64,000 bases of DNA from Octopus vulgaris (lineage: Eukaryota): the NCBI GenBank assembly GCA_951406725.2, contig OX597833.1, forward strand, positions 56,482,001 through 56,546,000, in the 5' to 3' direction. The notes beneath the pieces are model-generated. The model ran no database searches and was not told where the DNA came from. It was given only the letters and a program-made list of their open reading frames with translations. Positions 51,657-64,000 of this stretch are shown piece by piece. Position 1 is the stretch's first letter, and each line of letters opens with the position of its first letter. The translations under genes and the position numbers were made by a program.

Positions 51657-53789
51657 CTGAGAATATGAAAAAAAAGAAGAAAAAAAAACCATGCAGCAGG
51701 CAATTAGTAAGGAGTGTTAGGTAAAAGATTAAAAATAAAACACTCAAAATATTTTTTTTTTTAAATATTCGACACAAAATAGAAAAATAAATAAACAAAC
51801 AAAATAGAGAAAAGGAGAAACTTTAAGGTAATTCTGAAAGAGATAATGAAAATTGGAAGTTAAATATTTCCACCTGAAATTCTTTATTTGTTTCTTTATT
51901 TAGAATCTGCGTACCTCTGAGAATTACTGTGTAAGGCTACAGGCTGAAGGCCACCGGTCCAAATCCTGGCTCTGTGTCAGTCAGTATCAAAATAAATTAG
52001 TTTGGTTCATCCAGACACAGACCAGGAAGCACTGCGTAGGTAATGGCTTTTTCAGAAGATTGCACTGCTGAGTTCAAGTCTTCCTTTGAGCCAAGTGTAG
52101 GTAAAAAGGAAATCACAGATTCTTCAAATTCACAGGATCATTTGTGATTTACTTTCTGTGTGGTACAGATAGTAATACAAACAAGAATAAATATTTGTGT
52201 GTGTATGTGTGTGTGTGTAAATGGTGGTTTCTCTGTCAGTGTTGACACGGAACATTCCTTTGATCAACTCATGAAATTAACCCATTATCTGCCAAATTTT
52301 TTTATTCACACTTTTTGGCCTTGCCAGGTGGCTTAGGAATTAAAATAATACATAGTATTTAAATTTTCTTCATATGTGAATTATTTCGGAAATCATGATA
52401 AATTCTTTGAAAAGTCCTACATGGGGATGCTGAAAAAAAAGCATATTTATCCTTTTCTATTCGATTGCAATAATAAACATTTTAGTTATTTTGAAACTAT
52501 AGTATCAAATGCAAATGTGTATGAAATATCAATAAATGATATAAATGGGAAATGCAGAAAGAAAAAATAGTTTTCAAAACAGTCAATATTTTTGTAATTC
52601 AAAAATTGCGATTTATGTCCTCTAGAATTATCCAGAGCTAAGTAAGAATGACAAACTTTTAACTACTAAATGTTGTTAAACACACCTCTGCAAATGCAAT
52701 GTCCATAAGCAATTCACTTTAAATACAACGAACAACCAGCAGTGAGACTGTTTTTAACAGATCCCCAAATGGGGCTCAGGGCAGGCAATGGGTTAATGTG
52801 TAAGTGGATGAGTATTCCAAGACATTTGTACCCTTAACACAATTCTGAGGCTGAATCAGTGACAATATGACATGGCTAGACCTTTAAAGAGAGAGAAAGA
52901 GCAAGAGGGGAGAGAATTGGAGAGGAGAAAGGGAGGAGCTGATACCCCTTCCCCCAGTAATAGACTGGTAAAAAGCGCAGCTGATGTTGGTGGTATTTGA
53001 ACTCAGTGTGCACAGTGCTGATATGTAAACTGATTAGTTGTCTCAGACACTAACGATTTTGCCAATTCGCTGACTGTAAGCTAGCGTACACATATTTTGA
53101 GATATATTCACCTTTACATATTCTCTCTCTCTCTCTCACACACATACAGGTTGGAGGTAAAGAAAAAACTGTAAGAAAAGACCCAACTTTGTAAAGATAG
53201 TTTTAGACAGTACTAATGGAATATATTAATTTGAAGTAAGACTGTGTTCCCTCCACCTCCTTTCATTTTAAAATTTTAATGTCAAACAATACAAATAATG
53301 CATCAATAATAATACATATAAATATAGTTATATTTAAGTATCTGGCTGTCAACATTAACAGCTGCACTTACGTGAGCATATTAAAAAAGTATGTAAAAAA
53401 TTTTATCCTAAGAATATAAGTTCTATATGTTACCAAACGTCATTTTCTTGATGTAGAAACAATTTTACATAACACAAAATAGATATATTTTTACTTGTCA
53501 TATTCTGTAAAACAATCTATGTATTAATACATATGTGTGTATGAGAGTGTGCATGTGTATGTGAGAATGTGCATAAGGGTATATATATATACACACATAC
53601 AGCAGGCTTCCTGCAATTTCCATCAACCAAATTTCATTACATGGCATTGCATATACCAGGGCTATAGTAGAAGACACTTAACCAAGGTGCCTCTCAGCAA
53701 GACTGAATCTGAATCCACATGGTTGCAAAGTGGACATCTAAACCATACAGCAATATACATGTATGTGGACATATATCTATGTATATTAA

Positions 53790-53833
<44 letters not shown>

Positions 53834-54034
53834 ACACACACACACACGTTATGCAGTTTGTTTTACATTAGTTTTCCATGCTAGCATGGGTTAGACAGGG
53901 ACTTATTTTGATGTAGCATTTTACTACTTCATGACCTTACTTTTAACTTTTTACTATTTTTCAGCTAAGGGATTTCTTTATTTCAGTGGTCTTTGAAAGT
54001 ACAGAGAAACTGGTTGTAAAATCAAGAAGTTTAA

Positions 54035-54255
54035 CCCTTTCGTTACCAACCCGGCTGAAACCGGCTCTGGCTCTGAATACTAAATGTCTTGTTTTTATAA
54101 GTTTTGAATTAAAATCTTCCACCAAACCTTAGTCACAATATATTTTCCTAACACTAGTTGAATGATAACTAAGTTATTTTATTAAATTCTTTGTTATATT
54201 TAAAGTAATTGAAAGAAACACAGAGCATCTCAAAATAAATACAGTAATGAAAGGG
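54035..54255. mobile_element. piggyBac-type MITE
   Basis: TTAA|CCCTTTCGTTAC...GTAATGAAAGGG|TTAA. Confidence 0.85.
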
Positions 54256-54579
54256 TTAAACATTATCTTACTGTTTCACTCAGGCAGCCACAAGTGAAGA
54301 CATATAATGTCAACATTTGCACAACATGCACACACACACACACACACATTTACGACAGTTTTCCATAGAGTTTCTGTCTACCAATTCCATTCACATGGCA
54401 CTGGTTGACCTGAGGTTATATTAGAAGACACTTGCCCAGAGTCAGGCAGTGTGTGTGTGTGAGGATGAACAGGATCAAGAGAGACTGTGATCAGAGAATC
54501 AGAATCTATGAGAGGCCTGGAAATTACATCACAAATAATGATGCACTGCTTTATATGCACATGACTAAAAGTCTAACAA

Positions 54580-54880
54580 TTTACCAATGACTGGCAGGCT
54601 GTTTCTTGAGAATATTAAGAACATAAGAAGTCATGCTGATTCCATGGAATACACTTGTTTTCTGTTGTCAGTATTAGAGCTTCTGGTGTGAAGCTCGCCA
54701 CTGAAGTGGAAGCAATCCAAAAGTTGTACAGAAAGACATGCATCAGCTTAGCATGTATCAGCTTATGCAACTGGGGAAAGTTGAAAGTTCTAAGACTCTG
54801 TTCCATAGTGTGCAGTAAAAAAATAAATAACATGAAAATCTTGATAAGACTAGCATCAAACTTTGGCATTGGAAGCTGTG
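54580..54880 (+). mobile_element. Decayed CR1-like LINE 3' fragment
   Basis: EVEAIQK...SLCNWGKLKVLRL...KILIRLASNFGI resembles the CR1 post-RT region. Confidence 0.5.
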
Positions 54881-55030
54881 TGAATCTATGAATTGGCTGC
54901 TACCACATTGTGTCTTCTCTTTGTTAACTTAACATTTGATACTGCCATAGCTTGGAGTTGAAACAACCATAGTTTCTCCTCAGTATTTAAGTTATTTGAT
55001 CAACTGAATTATAAACTCATTATATATATT

Positions 55031-55441
55031 ACTCTACTCTTTTACTTGTTTCAGTCATTTGACTGCGGCCATGCTGGAGCACAGCCTTTAATTGAGCAAC
55101 TTGACCCCGGCACTTATTCTTTTGTAAGCCCAGTACTTATTCTATCAGTCCTTTTGCCGAACCGCTAGGTAACGGGGTCATAAACACACCAGCATTGGTT
55201 GTCAAGCAATGCTAGGGGGACAAACACAGACACACAAACACAGACACGCATATATATATATATATATATACATATATACGACAGGCTTCTTTCAGTTTCC
55301 GTCTACCAAATCCACTCACAAGGCTTTGGTCGGCCCAAGGCTATAGTAGAAGACACTTGCCCAAAGTGCCACGCAGTGGGACTGAACCCGGAACCATGTG
55401 GTTGGTAAACAAGCTACTTACCACACAGCCACTCCTGCGCC
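55031..55441 (-). mobile_element. SINE family A
   Basis: Reverse-complement full-length copy. Confidence 0.88.
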
Positions 55442-57994
55442 TATTATAGTGTTTTTGTTAAATGTTTTATTTAGGTACCTATGTAATCGTGAACAGATAT
55501 AGACACCCTCTTGGGGTCCCTCACCTTTGACCCAGTGGATCATCTAGGATGTGATAGCTAAAGAGAAAGAGAGGGCTAAAATGAGCAGCCTTGACTGGAA
55601 TGCTTTTTGTAAGGACACAGTGCCCTTCTGGTTCAAGAATTTATTATTTATTTATTCATAAAATTTATCAAATGTTTATATTAAAACTATGTTTGATACA
55701 TATATGATGGATCTTGCATTACAGTGTAAGTAATAGATGAACATTCCACTGATACTTGTTTGTTTATTGTAAAATAAGTAGGTAGAGTCAGTGTGACATT
55801 GTATCTAGACTAGCCCTTTAAATTACAAGCATAGAACATCCTACAGGCTTCCTTGTACTTCCTGTCTATGCAATTTTAAGTCTCACAAGGCTTGAGCCCT
55901 CCTCAGGCTTTGGTAGAGAATATTTGTCCAAAGTGCTACATACGTTCAGATCAAACATGACGGTTGCATGATTGCAAAGTAAACTTCTAAATCACACAGC
56001 CATGCCTGTGTCTGCATGCATCCACACATACAAACACACATATATACATATACATGAATGGCAGAATTGATAGAGTGTTGGACACGTGCCATGTGGTATT
56101 TTGTATGTCTTTTAAAATTCTAAATCCAAATCTCACTATTGTTCAATTTGCCTTTCATCTTTTCAGAGTTGATAAAATAAGCACTGGGACCAGTGTAAGT
56201 GACAATGCATTATTAAAAGGTAGTGTCTCAGCAATGACTGAACTATATATGAGTGCAAAGCGGGTGTACATCTCTATATAGCAGTATTAAACAGCCAGAC
56301 AACAATCGGAGTAGCACCTGTTCAACTACTTAAAATATTATTAACGAAGATACTATGAGCATTATAATAGTTATTCTCACATGAAGAATATTTGCCAACA
56401 ATTGATTCTCACTAAGCTACTGATGTTTATTTCAAAACAACAACACAAGAATAATAGAATTTTCCCTTTAAAAGTAATTCAAAACAAATTATATGTTTAA
56501 TTGGGCATATAATATTGAAAATATTTTTATTTCATTTTTAAAGCTATATTTATGAGTATTTATTTGTATATTTCTAGAGACATATTTTGAAATATATTGG
56601 CGATATTTTTTGTTTTCCATTTAGTTATTTTTGCTATAATTATGTATACTTTTATCATCACCTCTGTAGACAGATGATTAATTTTAATATCTTTATCAGA
56701 TGTCCGCTTTTCATCCCCCACCAACACACATCCATCCTTTTCCTCCACCCTCACATCCCACTCTCATATAATAATTCAAGTTAATTCTGTTCAAACAGTA
56801 CAGTAGAATCTAACCCCGTAGTTAAAATGCACTCTAATAATAACACTTGACCACATCGTTAAATATACCAGGCTATGAAAATAGCCAACACGTTCTCTAA
56901 TTATAAAAGAACAAAGAAATTATTATGACACCAGCCAGGTAATGATCTGTGATAGTAACTATGGGATATTAAAGATGAAAATAGTCACAACCCACCCATC
57001 ACTCCCATTTCTCTGATTCATGTCCCCTTTTTTGTCTCTAACAAGAGCACTACCTATTTAGAGACGATGTGCATATCTATCTATCATTCTTTTCTAATGA
57101 AGCACTAGCTTTCTCTTCACCTCACCACAGTTTACTCTACCTCCGTTCGTTTCTTTTCTTCTTGACTTTCTTGCGTGTGTTACAAGGACATTCAAAATAA
57201 ATATTAGTTAGCAAACATATGTATGCATGTGTGTTTTGCACTTTTTGCAGAGGGTCGTATTAGCAATGCCATGTACCATAAAAGTATTTATAATAAATGT
57301 TTCAACCAGAGATTTCTGAATCGACATCCTTATCAACCTACAAACCAATATACATTCTCTATTCATTTCAAATCAATGTATGCTTTAAATACAGCCATTA
57401 AACAGCAGTAAGTTTCTAATTACTTAGAATCATAGAACATAGCAACTTAAAAAATAATAAACACTAGTTCTTTTAACACACACCAGATAAGTAAACAGTT
57501 GATGGAAAATACACACAAAATAAATAATATTAATAAATGAACAGGACTTCCTCTAAAATAATAAGCTTTAAAAGATTCCTTGAATTGAATGGATTTGAAT
57601 CTCTAAATTTCTTGTTGTTACATATATCTTAAAACAAAATTTGTGTGACCATTTTTTAACAGTGTCCATTTATATTTTCCAACTCAGTAAAATGTAATAG
57701 GTGAAGTAATTGTACTTTGAAGTAATTAAATATACTAAGTTAAAATTTAGGCACAGACACAAATAAAAGAAAGAAAAAATGCTTAATGGTATAACTGTGC
57801 AATTCTCTACCAAGTAGACTACTGGAAAAAAAAACATGTAAGTTATTATAAAAGAAATTTCAATAAATAAAAAAAGGCAGTGCTCCAGCATGGCTGCAGT
57901 CAAGTGACTGAAACAAGTAAAAGAATAAAAGAGGAACAGAAAAATAAGCTCAGAAAATGCTGATGTTTGAAGAAAGAAACATAAATCAAGTATA

Positions 57995-58183
57995 TATTTC
58001 TTTATTGCCCACAAGGGGCTAAACGTAGAGGGGACAAACAAGGACAGACAAAGGTACTTTATTTATCGACCCTGAAAGGATGAGAGGCAAAGTCAACCTC
58101 GGTGGAATTTGAACTCAGAACGTAGCGGCAGACAAAATACGGCTACACATTTCGCCCGGCGTGCTAACGTTTCTGCCAGCTCG
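57995..58183 (-). mobile_element. SINE family D with internal deletion
   Basis: Same sequence, missing the gtcgattacatcgaccccagtg segment. Confidence 0.75.
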
Positions 58184-58816
58184 AATTCTGCAGACAATTG
58201 GTAGAGCATTCATATCACAATATAGGACAAACTGCCAGCCTCCCTCTCTCCCTCTCATTCAGAACAATATAGTTCCCCAACCTACTAGAAATAGCAGCCA
58301 GATCTCAATCTGCTAAACCTTACTGAAAATAAGATGGAATGGTTATGGTTCGAATAGAGCTGACTTTGGGATTGAACAGCAACAGCAACAACAACATGAG
58401 ACTGCACTTGGGTGCTGTGGCATAAGTTTTGGATGCCATGTTCATAAAGTTTGAAATTTTTTTGAAAATTGGGTTGGAATGTTCTTCAAGCCTTTCCCAA
58501 AAGGATTAAGTGGTGTATGTAATGTGAGATGAAACTAACAAGGAGTCAAAAACTTAATTAGTAAGGAGTGTACTTCTAATTTATAGAACTCTCCTTGTCA
58601 GCATATAACATTACCTTCTAACCTTAGTAGAATTTTGTGAGAATGGGTGCAGTCAATGTAACTGCCATCACTGCTGCCAAAGCTATTGCTTATCTTGTTG
58701 ACCTCAGAAGAATGAAAGCAAAGTCGGTAGGATTTGAACTTCAAACATAAAGAAGCACCACTACAAATTATTCACTGTTAAATCCTATTTTCTTTACACT
58801 CTCTTGTTTGTACACA

Positions 58817-59228
58817 GGCGCAGGAGAGGCTGTGTGGTAAGTAGCTTGTTTACCAACCACATGGTTCCGGGTTCAGTCCCACTGTGTGGCACCTTGGGCA
58901 AGTGTCTTCTACTATAGCCTCGGGCCAACCAAAGCCTTGTGAGTGGATTTGGTAGACGGAAACTGAAAAGAAGCCCGTCATATATATGTATATATATATA
59001 TGTGTATGTTTGTGTGTCTGTGTTTGTCCCCCTAGCATTGCTTGACAACCGATGGTGGTGTGTTTATGTCCCCGTTACTTAGCAGTTCGGCAAAAGAGAC
59101 CGATAGAATAAGTACTGGGCTTACAAAAGAATAAGTGCCGGGGTCGAGTTGCTCGATTAAAGGCGGTGCTCCAACATGGCCACAGTCAAATGACTGAAAC
59201 AAGTAAAAGAGTAAAGAGAGAGAGAGAG
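58817..59228 (+). mobile_element. SINE family A
   Basis: Full-length copy. Confidence 0.88.
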
Positions 59229-60651
59229 AATATTAATAATATATTTAATCTATTTTCTCTAGTTTTATTTGCTTTATTGCCTTGTTTCTGTCATGTAATC
59301 ATAGGAGAAATGATACACCTAGAATCTCATCCTTTAAACACCAGCCAATTGTATGCCTATTTCAGTCTGATAGACCGAAAGAAGAGGAGTAATATGCCTT
59401 GACAACACAATTGCTGTAGCAAAAGAGTCAAACTCTTTGTTAAATAATTGAGTAAAGCAGTGCATAGATTTCAAAAATATCTCTGAAATTGTGGAATGGC
59501 TTCTTTTTATCTCTTACTGGGAATTGAAAATAGAGAGAAAAAAACAAGCCAGCCTGGACAAGGCAAAACAAAAATGCAACAAGAGGGAAGTAAGAGTTAA
59601 AAGGAAAAGATGGAGCAAGAACCCAGAAAAAAAAAAGAAAAAAGAGGAAAGAGAGCAGGATTGGGATAATAGATAAACATGTAAATGAGGAAAGAAAAGA
59701 AAGAAATAATATTTATAAAAAAAAATAACTAAATAAAAAATTAAAAAAAACTCAGAAAACTTAACCAAAAAAAAAAACAAAAAAAAAACTCAAAGACAGA
59801 AATCTTTATTGCAAATACATAGCAAAACTTCATACATGGAGGAATAAATAAAACATTCTTCCAACAGATAAATTACAATAAGACAATTTGTCGACATTTT
59901 CATGCTCCATGTTATGTTTGGAGCAAGCTGAAGATTCATTCTTACATACTAGATGTGTTTTTTCTTGACAACTAGAAATTGTTGTCTTGTTTTGTTTTTG
60001 TTTTTGTTTTTCTTTTGTTTATGTAGTTATTAACTTCAGTCAACTTTACAACACAAATGCCTTCGTAATTGAAGCTATAATAGTAGCTACAAATAAAGAC
60101 ACGATAGATTCCTTTTAGGCATAAACAATGATTTCAGTATGAAATCAAAAGCTGTCGTGATTTAACTACATATATTATTGCAATTTTGTGAAGCAGATAA
60201 TTAAATAAAATACATCACTTGTATAACATAAATTTAGATATTTTGATACTTGGATCACAATGAGAAGTTTAAAATATGTAATTTTCAGCATTTCAAAATT
60301 TTTTTTTTTGAAAATTTTAGGAAAAAACTGCTGGTAATATAAGCAATCAGTGGCAACAAATTGGCCAATATAACCTGTATTTATTTTGGAATATTTATGA
60401 GTCTAATCAAGAAATAACTGCATCAACCCCCCCATCCTAGTAACAACAAAAACAACAGCTGTATCATTTATTAAAGGTGTCGGCTAAAAGAAGCAAAGAA
60501 GTAAGAAAAAAATGTTTGAAAAATAAAACTACAGCAAAACAAAACATGATTTTTAAAGCATTCAGGTATTTTCAGAATAGTTTTATTCAGTTTTCAAAAT
60601 AAATAATGGTAAGAAAACAACGAAAAGTGGCTCAATCTATAAAGTTGACAT

Positions 60652-60684
<33 letters not shown>

Positions 60685-60904
60685 TGTTTCTACAAAGCCA
60701 GATATAAATATGTAAATATATAAATACTTAGTTTATACATTCAACTATACAGAAAGCCTACTTTATTAAACTAGTGAAAGCATGAGTGTATATATGTGTG
60801 TGTGAATATATATATATATATACACACACACACATATACACATACATACATACATACATATAATGATGATGATGAATATGATGGTGATGATGATGATGAT
60901 ATTG

Positions 60905-61355
60905 GTTTCTACCTTTGGCACAAAGTCAGTAATTTCGGGGGTGGGGGAGCGTAAGTTGATTACATCGACCCAGAAATTAACTGGTACTTAGTTTATCGAC
61001 CTTGAAAGGAGGAAAAGCAAAGTCTACCTCGGCAGAAATTGAACTCAGAAAGTTAAGGCAGGCGAAATACCTATTTCTTTATTACCCACAAGGGGCTAAA
61101 CATAGAGGGGACAAACAAGGACAGACATAGGTATTATGTCGATTACATCGACCCCAGTGCGTAACTGGTACTTAATTTATCGACCCCGAAAGGATGAAAG
61201 GCAAAGTCGACCTCGGCGGAATTTGAACTCACAACGTAACGGCAGACGAAGTACCGCAAAGCATTTCGCCCGGTGTGCTAACGCTTCTGCCAGCTCGCCG
61301 CAAAATACCATTAAACATTTTGCCTGACATGCTAACGATTTTGACAGCTTGCTGC
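60905..61355 (-). mobile_element. Young SINE D (61071-61301) nested in an older SINE D-like copy
   Basis: The older copy is broken at 'gaaatacc' (61063-61070) and resumes as 'caaaataccattaaacattttgcc' after 61301. Confidence 0.7.
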
Positions 61356-61356
61356 A

Positions 61357-61391
<35 letters not shown>

Positions 61392-61543
61392 AATGATAAT
61401 AATAATAATATAATCCATTCGTTTATTTGTCACCAAGACCACTTATTCATACATGCATAACATCTCATGAAAGGATTTAGAGGACATACTGGGATTTACA
61501 ACTATAGTTACAGAAAATGAAGGGTGGGGATTATGACATGATG

Positions 61544-61545
<2 letters not shown>

Positions 61546-61606
<61 letters not shown>
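61546..61606. repeat. (AT)n microsatellite
   Basis: Direct inspection. Confidence 0.95.
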
Positions 61607-61609
<3 letters not shown>

Positions 61610-63819
61610 GCAGAGAGGCAGATGGAAATAAAAGACACGACAGCAATTTAAATTCCACCAAAATAATGAGTTTGAAGTTCAGCAAAAAACCTACTACTTT
61701 GTAGGAGAGAGATATAGTTGATGGAATAATCACTAGTATATTACTTGTACAGAATGTAACAAGTTGATGTTAAATACAATGATACTTTTAGTTTGACACT
61801 CAAAAAATTTCTGTAACTACACTACCCTATGGTTGCCTTCTGTAAGCTAGATACAATTCTTTCATTCATCTATATATTTACATTATTTAATAACAGTTTT
61901 ATTTGGTTCCATGCAGCTTAAAGTTTTATGGGCTCCTAAAATGAACCTAGCTCTTCAGGCATGGGTAACCGAATAAAATAATTCCTACCAAATATGTTGA
62001 GTGCCACTGTCTTTTATTCAACTCAAGCATATACACACATGAAAAATATATGAAAAATGTTGTGATCATGATTCATTGATTACAATGCAGTAATCTTTGA
62101 ACAGAAGACATACATTCAAAATCCTTCATAAGTTGAAAGACTGCCCACCCACCCAAAAGTTTAGTTTTATCCCTTAAGATGATTCCTCTGGTTCAATTTC
62201 CAGGAGATAGTTTATAATAATTCTTATCTTGATTAACTAACACAGTTCTAACGCAATGTGATGCTAAGCTATTAATATGTTAATCCTCTGACTTCAACAA
62301 GAAATTCATATTTTCTGTATTTCCTATTACTGGGTTGGATAATTCTGCAAATTTGAATATTTGTATATAAATTATTAGAGCAGTTATTTTTAAAGTTGAG
62401 TGCCTTAACTACTCAACTTTGAAATTTATGCAGCATAGAAGACATAAGGAATAAGAATAATGGTTATATAATATACACTAAATTTATATTCAATGTATTA
62501 TATTTAAAGATCACTCATAAAATACAGTGTACTATTATAAATAATGGGTGAGATTTTGATGGAATAACAATAGGATTTAAGGAATAACAATAGGATAACC
62601 TTTATACTTTAAACAAATATTTGAACAAGTATGTAATTTACAACCCTGTAAACTAATGTTCTCACACCAATATTATTATAAATGTAAGTTCTTGGTTATT
62701 TTTCTCTTAACCTTAATTTTTAGTGTGATTATTGTCAAATTATACTGTATTATTTCTATCCTTCGTGTTGTTACTGCTTATTATTGACTCATAAAACCAT
62801 TTTAATAATGAATTGCTAGGAAAACTAAGATTAATCTCAATAATTGAATAGCAGCAATCAGGAACACAGAGTTGACATTACGTAGTTATTTATGTAAATA
62901 AAACAAGAAAAGGTTGTACGGAATGAAATTATATAAAGTAAAGTTCTCAGTAGATTTGAATGATAACAAATTTGAAAGTGAAAATAAAATGGGACAAAAC
63001 AATTATAAAAATTCTAAAAAATATTTATAGTCAGAATATTAAGATGTATGTAGAGAAGAATGTAGTCGTTATTTGAAAAGAGCTTATCTTAGAAAATTTC
63101 AGGCTTACATTTGTAAGAAGTCTGTTGGTGTAATTGCAATACATTAAATGAATTGGGCCAAATTTTTATTTTTAAATTAACTTATAATTTCATTACACAA
63201 ACTTAACATCTATAATGACTTGTTAATTAAAACATCTGTGACTGAACAGTTATTTGACATCAGTTTATATATGAGCAGGTTTGTGCATGTGCATGCTTGC
63301 ACACATTGATGCTGCTATAACTTTCAATGTAAAGATGAAGAATTATACACACATAGATTCATCTACATCTATATAAGGTAGTATTCAATAGTACTCATAT
63401 ATACATACATATTATATAGATATTCATAATCATATCTCTTGTAGATAATTATACATACATGCAGACAACTATGTAAGTATTTGTCCTAATTCTATATAAT
63501 GTATTCTACAGTCATAAAAGCATACGTACAAATAATATTCCAGATATATTTGAAAACTCTACAAAACACTTCACACGGAAATATAAGCATGTCTTTCAAT
63601 AACAAAAAACACACAAAAAAAAAAAAAACTCAACAAAGGTTCAAATAAATTAAGTTCCGTGGATGATAAAGCGGAGAAGGACTACTGATGGAGCATAAAA
63701 TCATCTTCAAAACGGGTGACTAAAACAGCAAAATGTTGCGAAGTCAGTCTATGGGCAAAGGAGATCTATGGAGCAAGTCTATTGGCAAGAAAGTCAACTC
63801 ATGTTTCATGCTTGCCTAC

Positions 63820-64000
63820 CCTTGAGGTATCCTTGTGGTGGCTTTTTGAAGGTTTGCCATGGGACCCTCCATGTCCACGATGTCTGTTATGTCCATGTCT
63901 ATTCTGAAGTTTGAGCACCTTCATCTCTTTACGAGCTTTACGGCCCCGAATCATGGCCTGAATTTTTGTCGCAGCCTCATGAGCTCTTGGGTCTTCTGGA
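63820..64000 (-). CDS. Coding exon (5' end outside window) of multi-IQ calmodulin-binding protein; IQ motif 1 plus His/Gly-rich segment
   Basis: Minus-strand translation from 63999 gives PEDPRAHEAATKIQAMIRGRKARKEMKVLKLQNRHGHNRHRGHGGSHGKPSKSHHKDTSR. It ends at donor AGG|GTAGGC (phase 0). Not listed in the ORF track. Confidence 0.85.

Noticed and set aside
63716-63907. Plus-strand 63-aa Cys-rich ORF
   Set aside because: Antisense to the IQ exon, with no independent support.

Overview
AT-rich, repeat-dense animal DNA. The SINE, MITE and microsatellite landscape points to a coleoid cephalopod, probably Octopus (inference). The window holds the 3' part of one large minus-strand intron-containing gene that runs off the right edge. 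From splice signals and reading frame I reconstruct six confident coding exons: 64000-63820, 51656-51606, 38409-38248, 34718-34113, 11935-10316 and terminal 5375-5304. Every junction is phase 0, and there are several candidate small or micro-exons. The product is an acidic, disordered protein with at least four neuromodulin/neurogranin/igloo/Sp17-type 'D-P-x-x-x-x-A-A-x-K-I-Q-x-x-F/I-R-G' IQ motifs. These are followed by a 540-aa exon built largely from a 54-bp (18-aa, SSQRGSKASLPAEVPxAP) tandem repeat. A likely poly(A) signal at 2635-2640 implies a ~2.7-kb 3' UTR. The introns contain at least five SINE-like families, TTAA (piggyBac-type) MITEs, non-autonomous Helitrons, a Mutator-like MITE, decayed LINE fragments, two fold-back palindromes and many microsatellites. 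Almost all listed short ORFs are microsatellite or SINE artefacts. No CRISPR array, rRNA or real tRNA gene was found.
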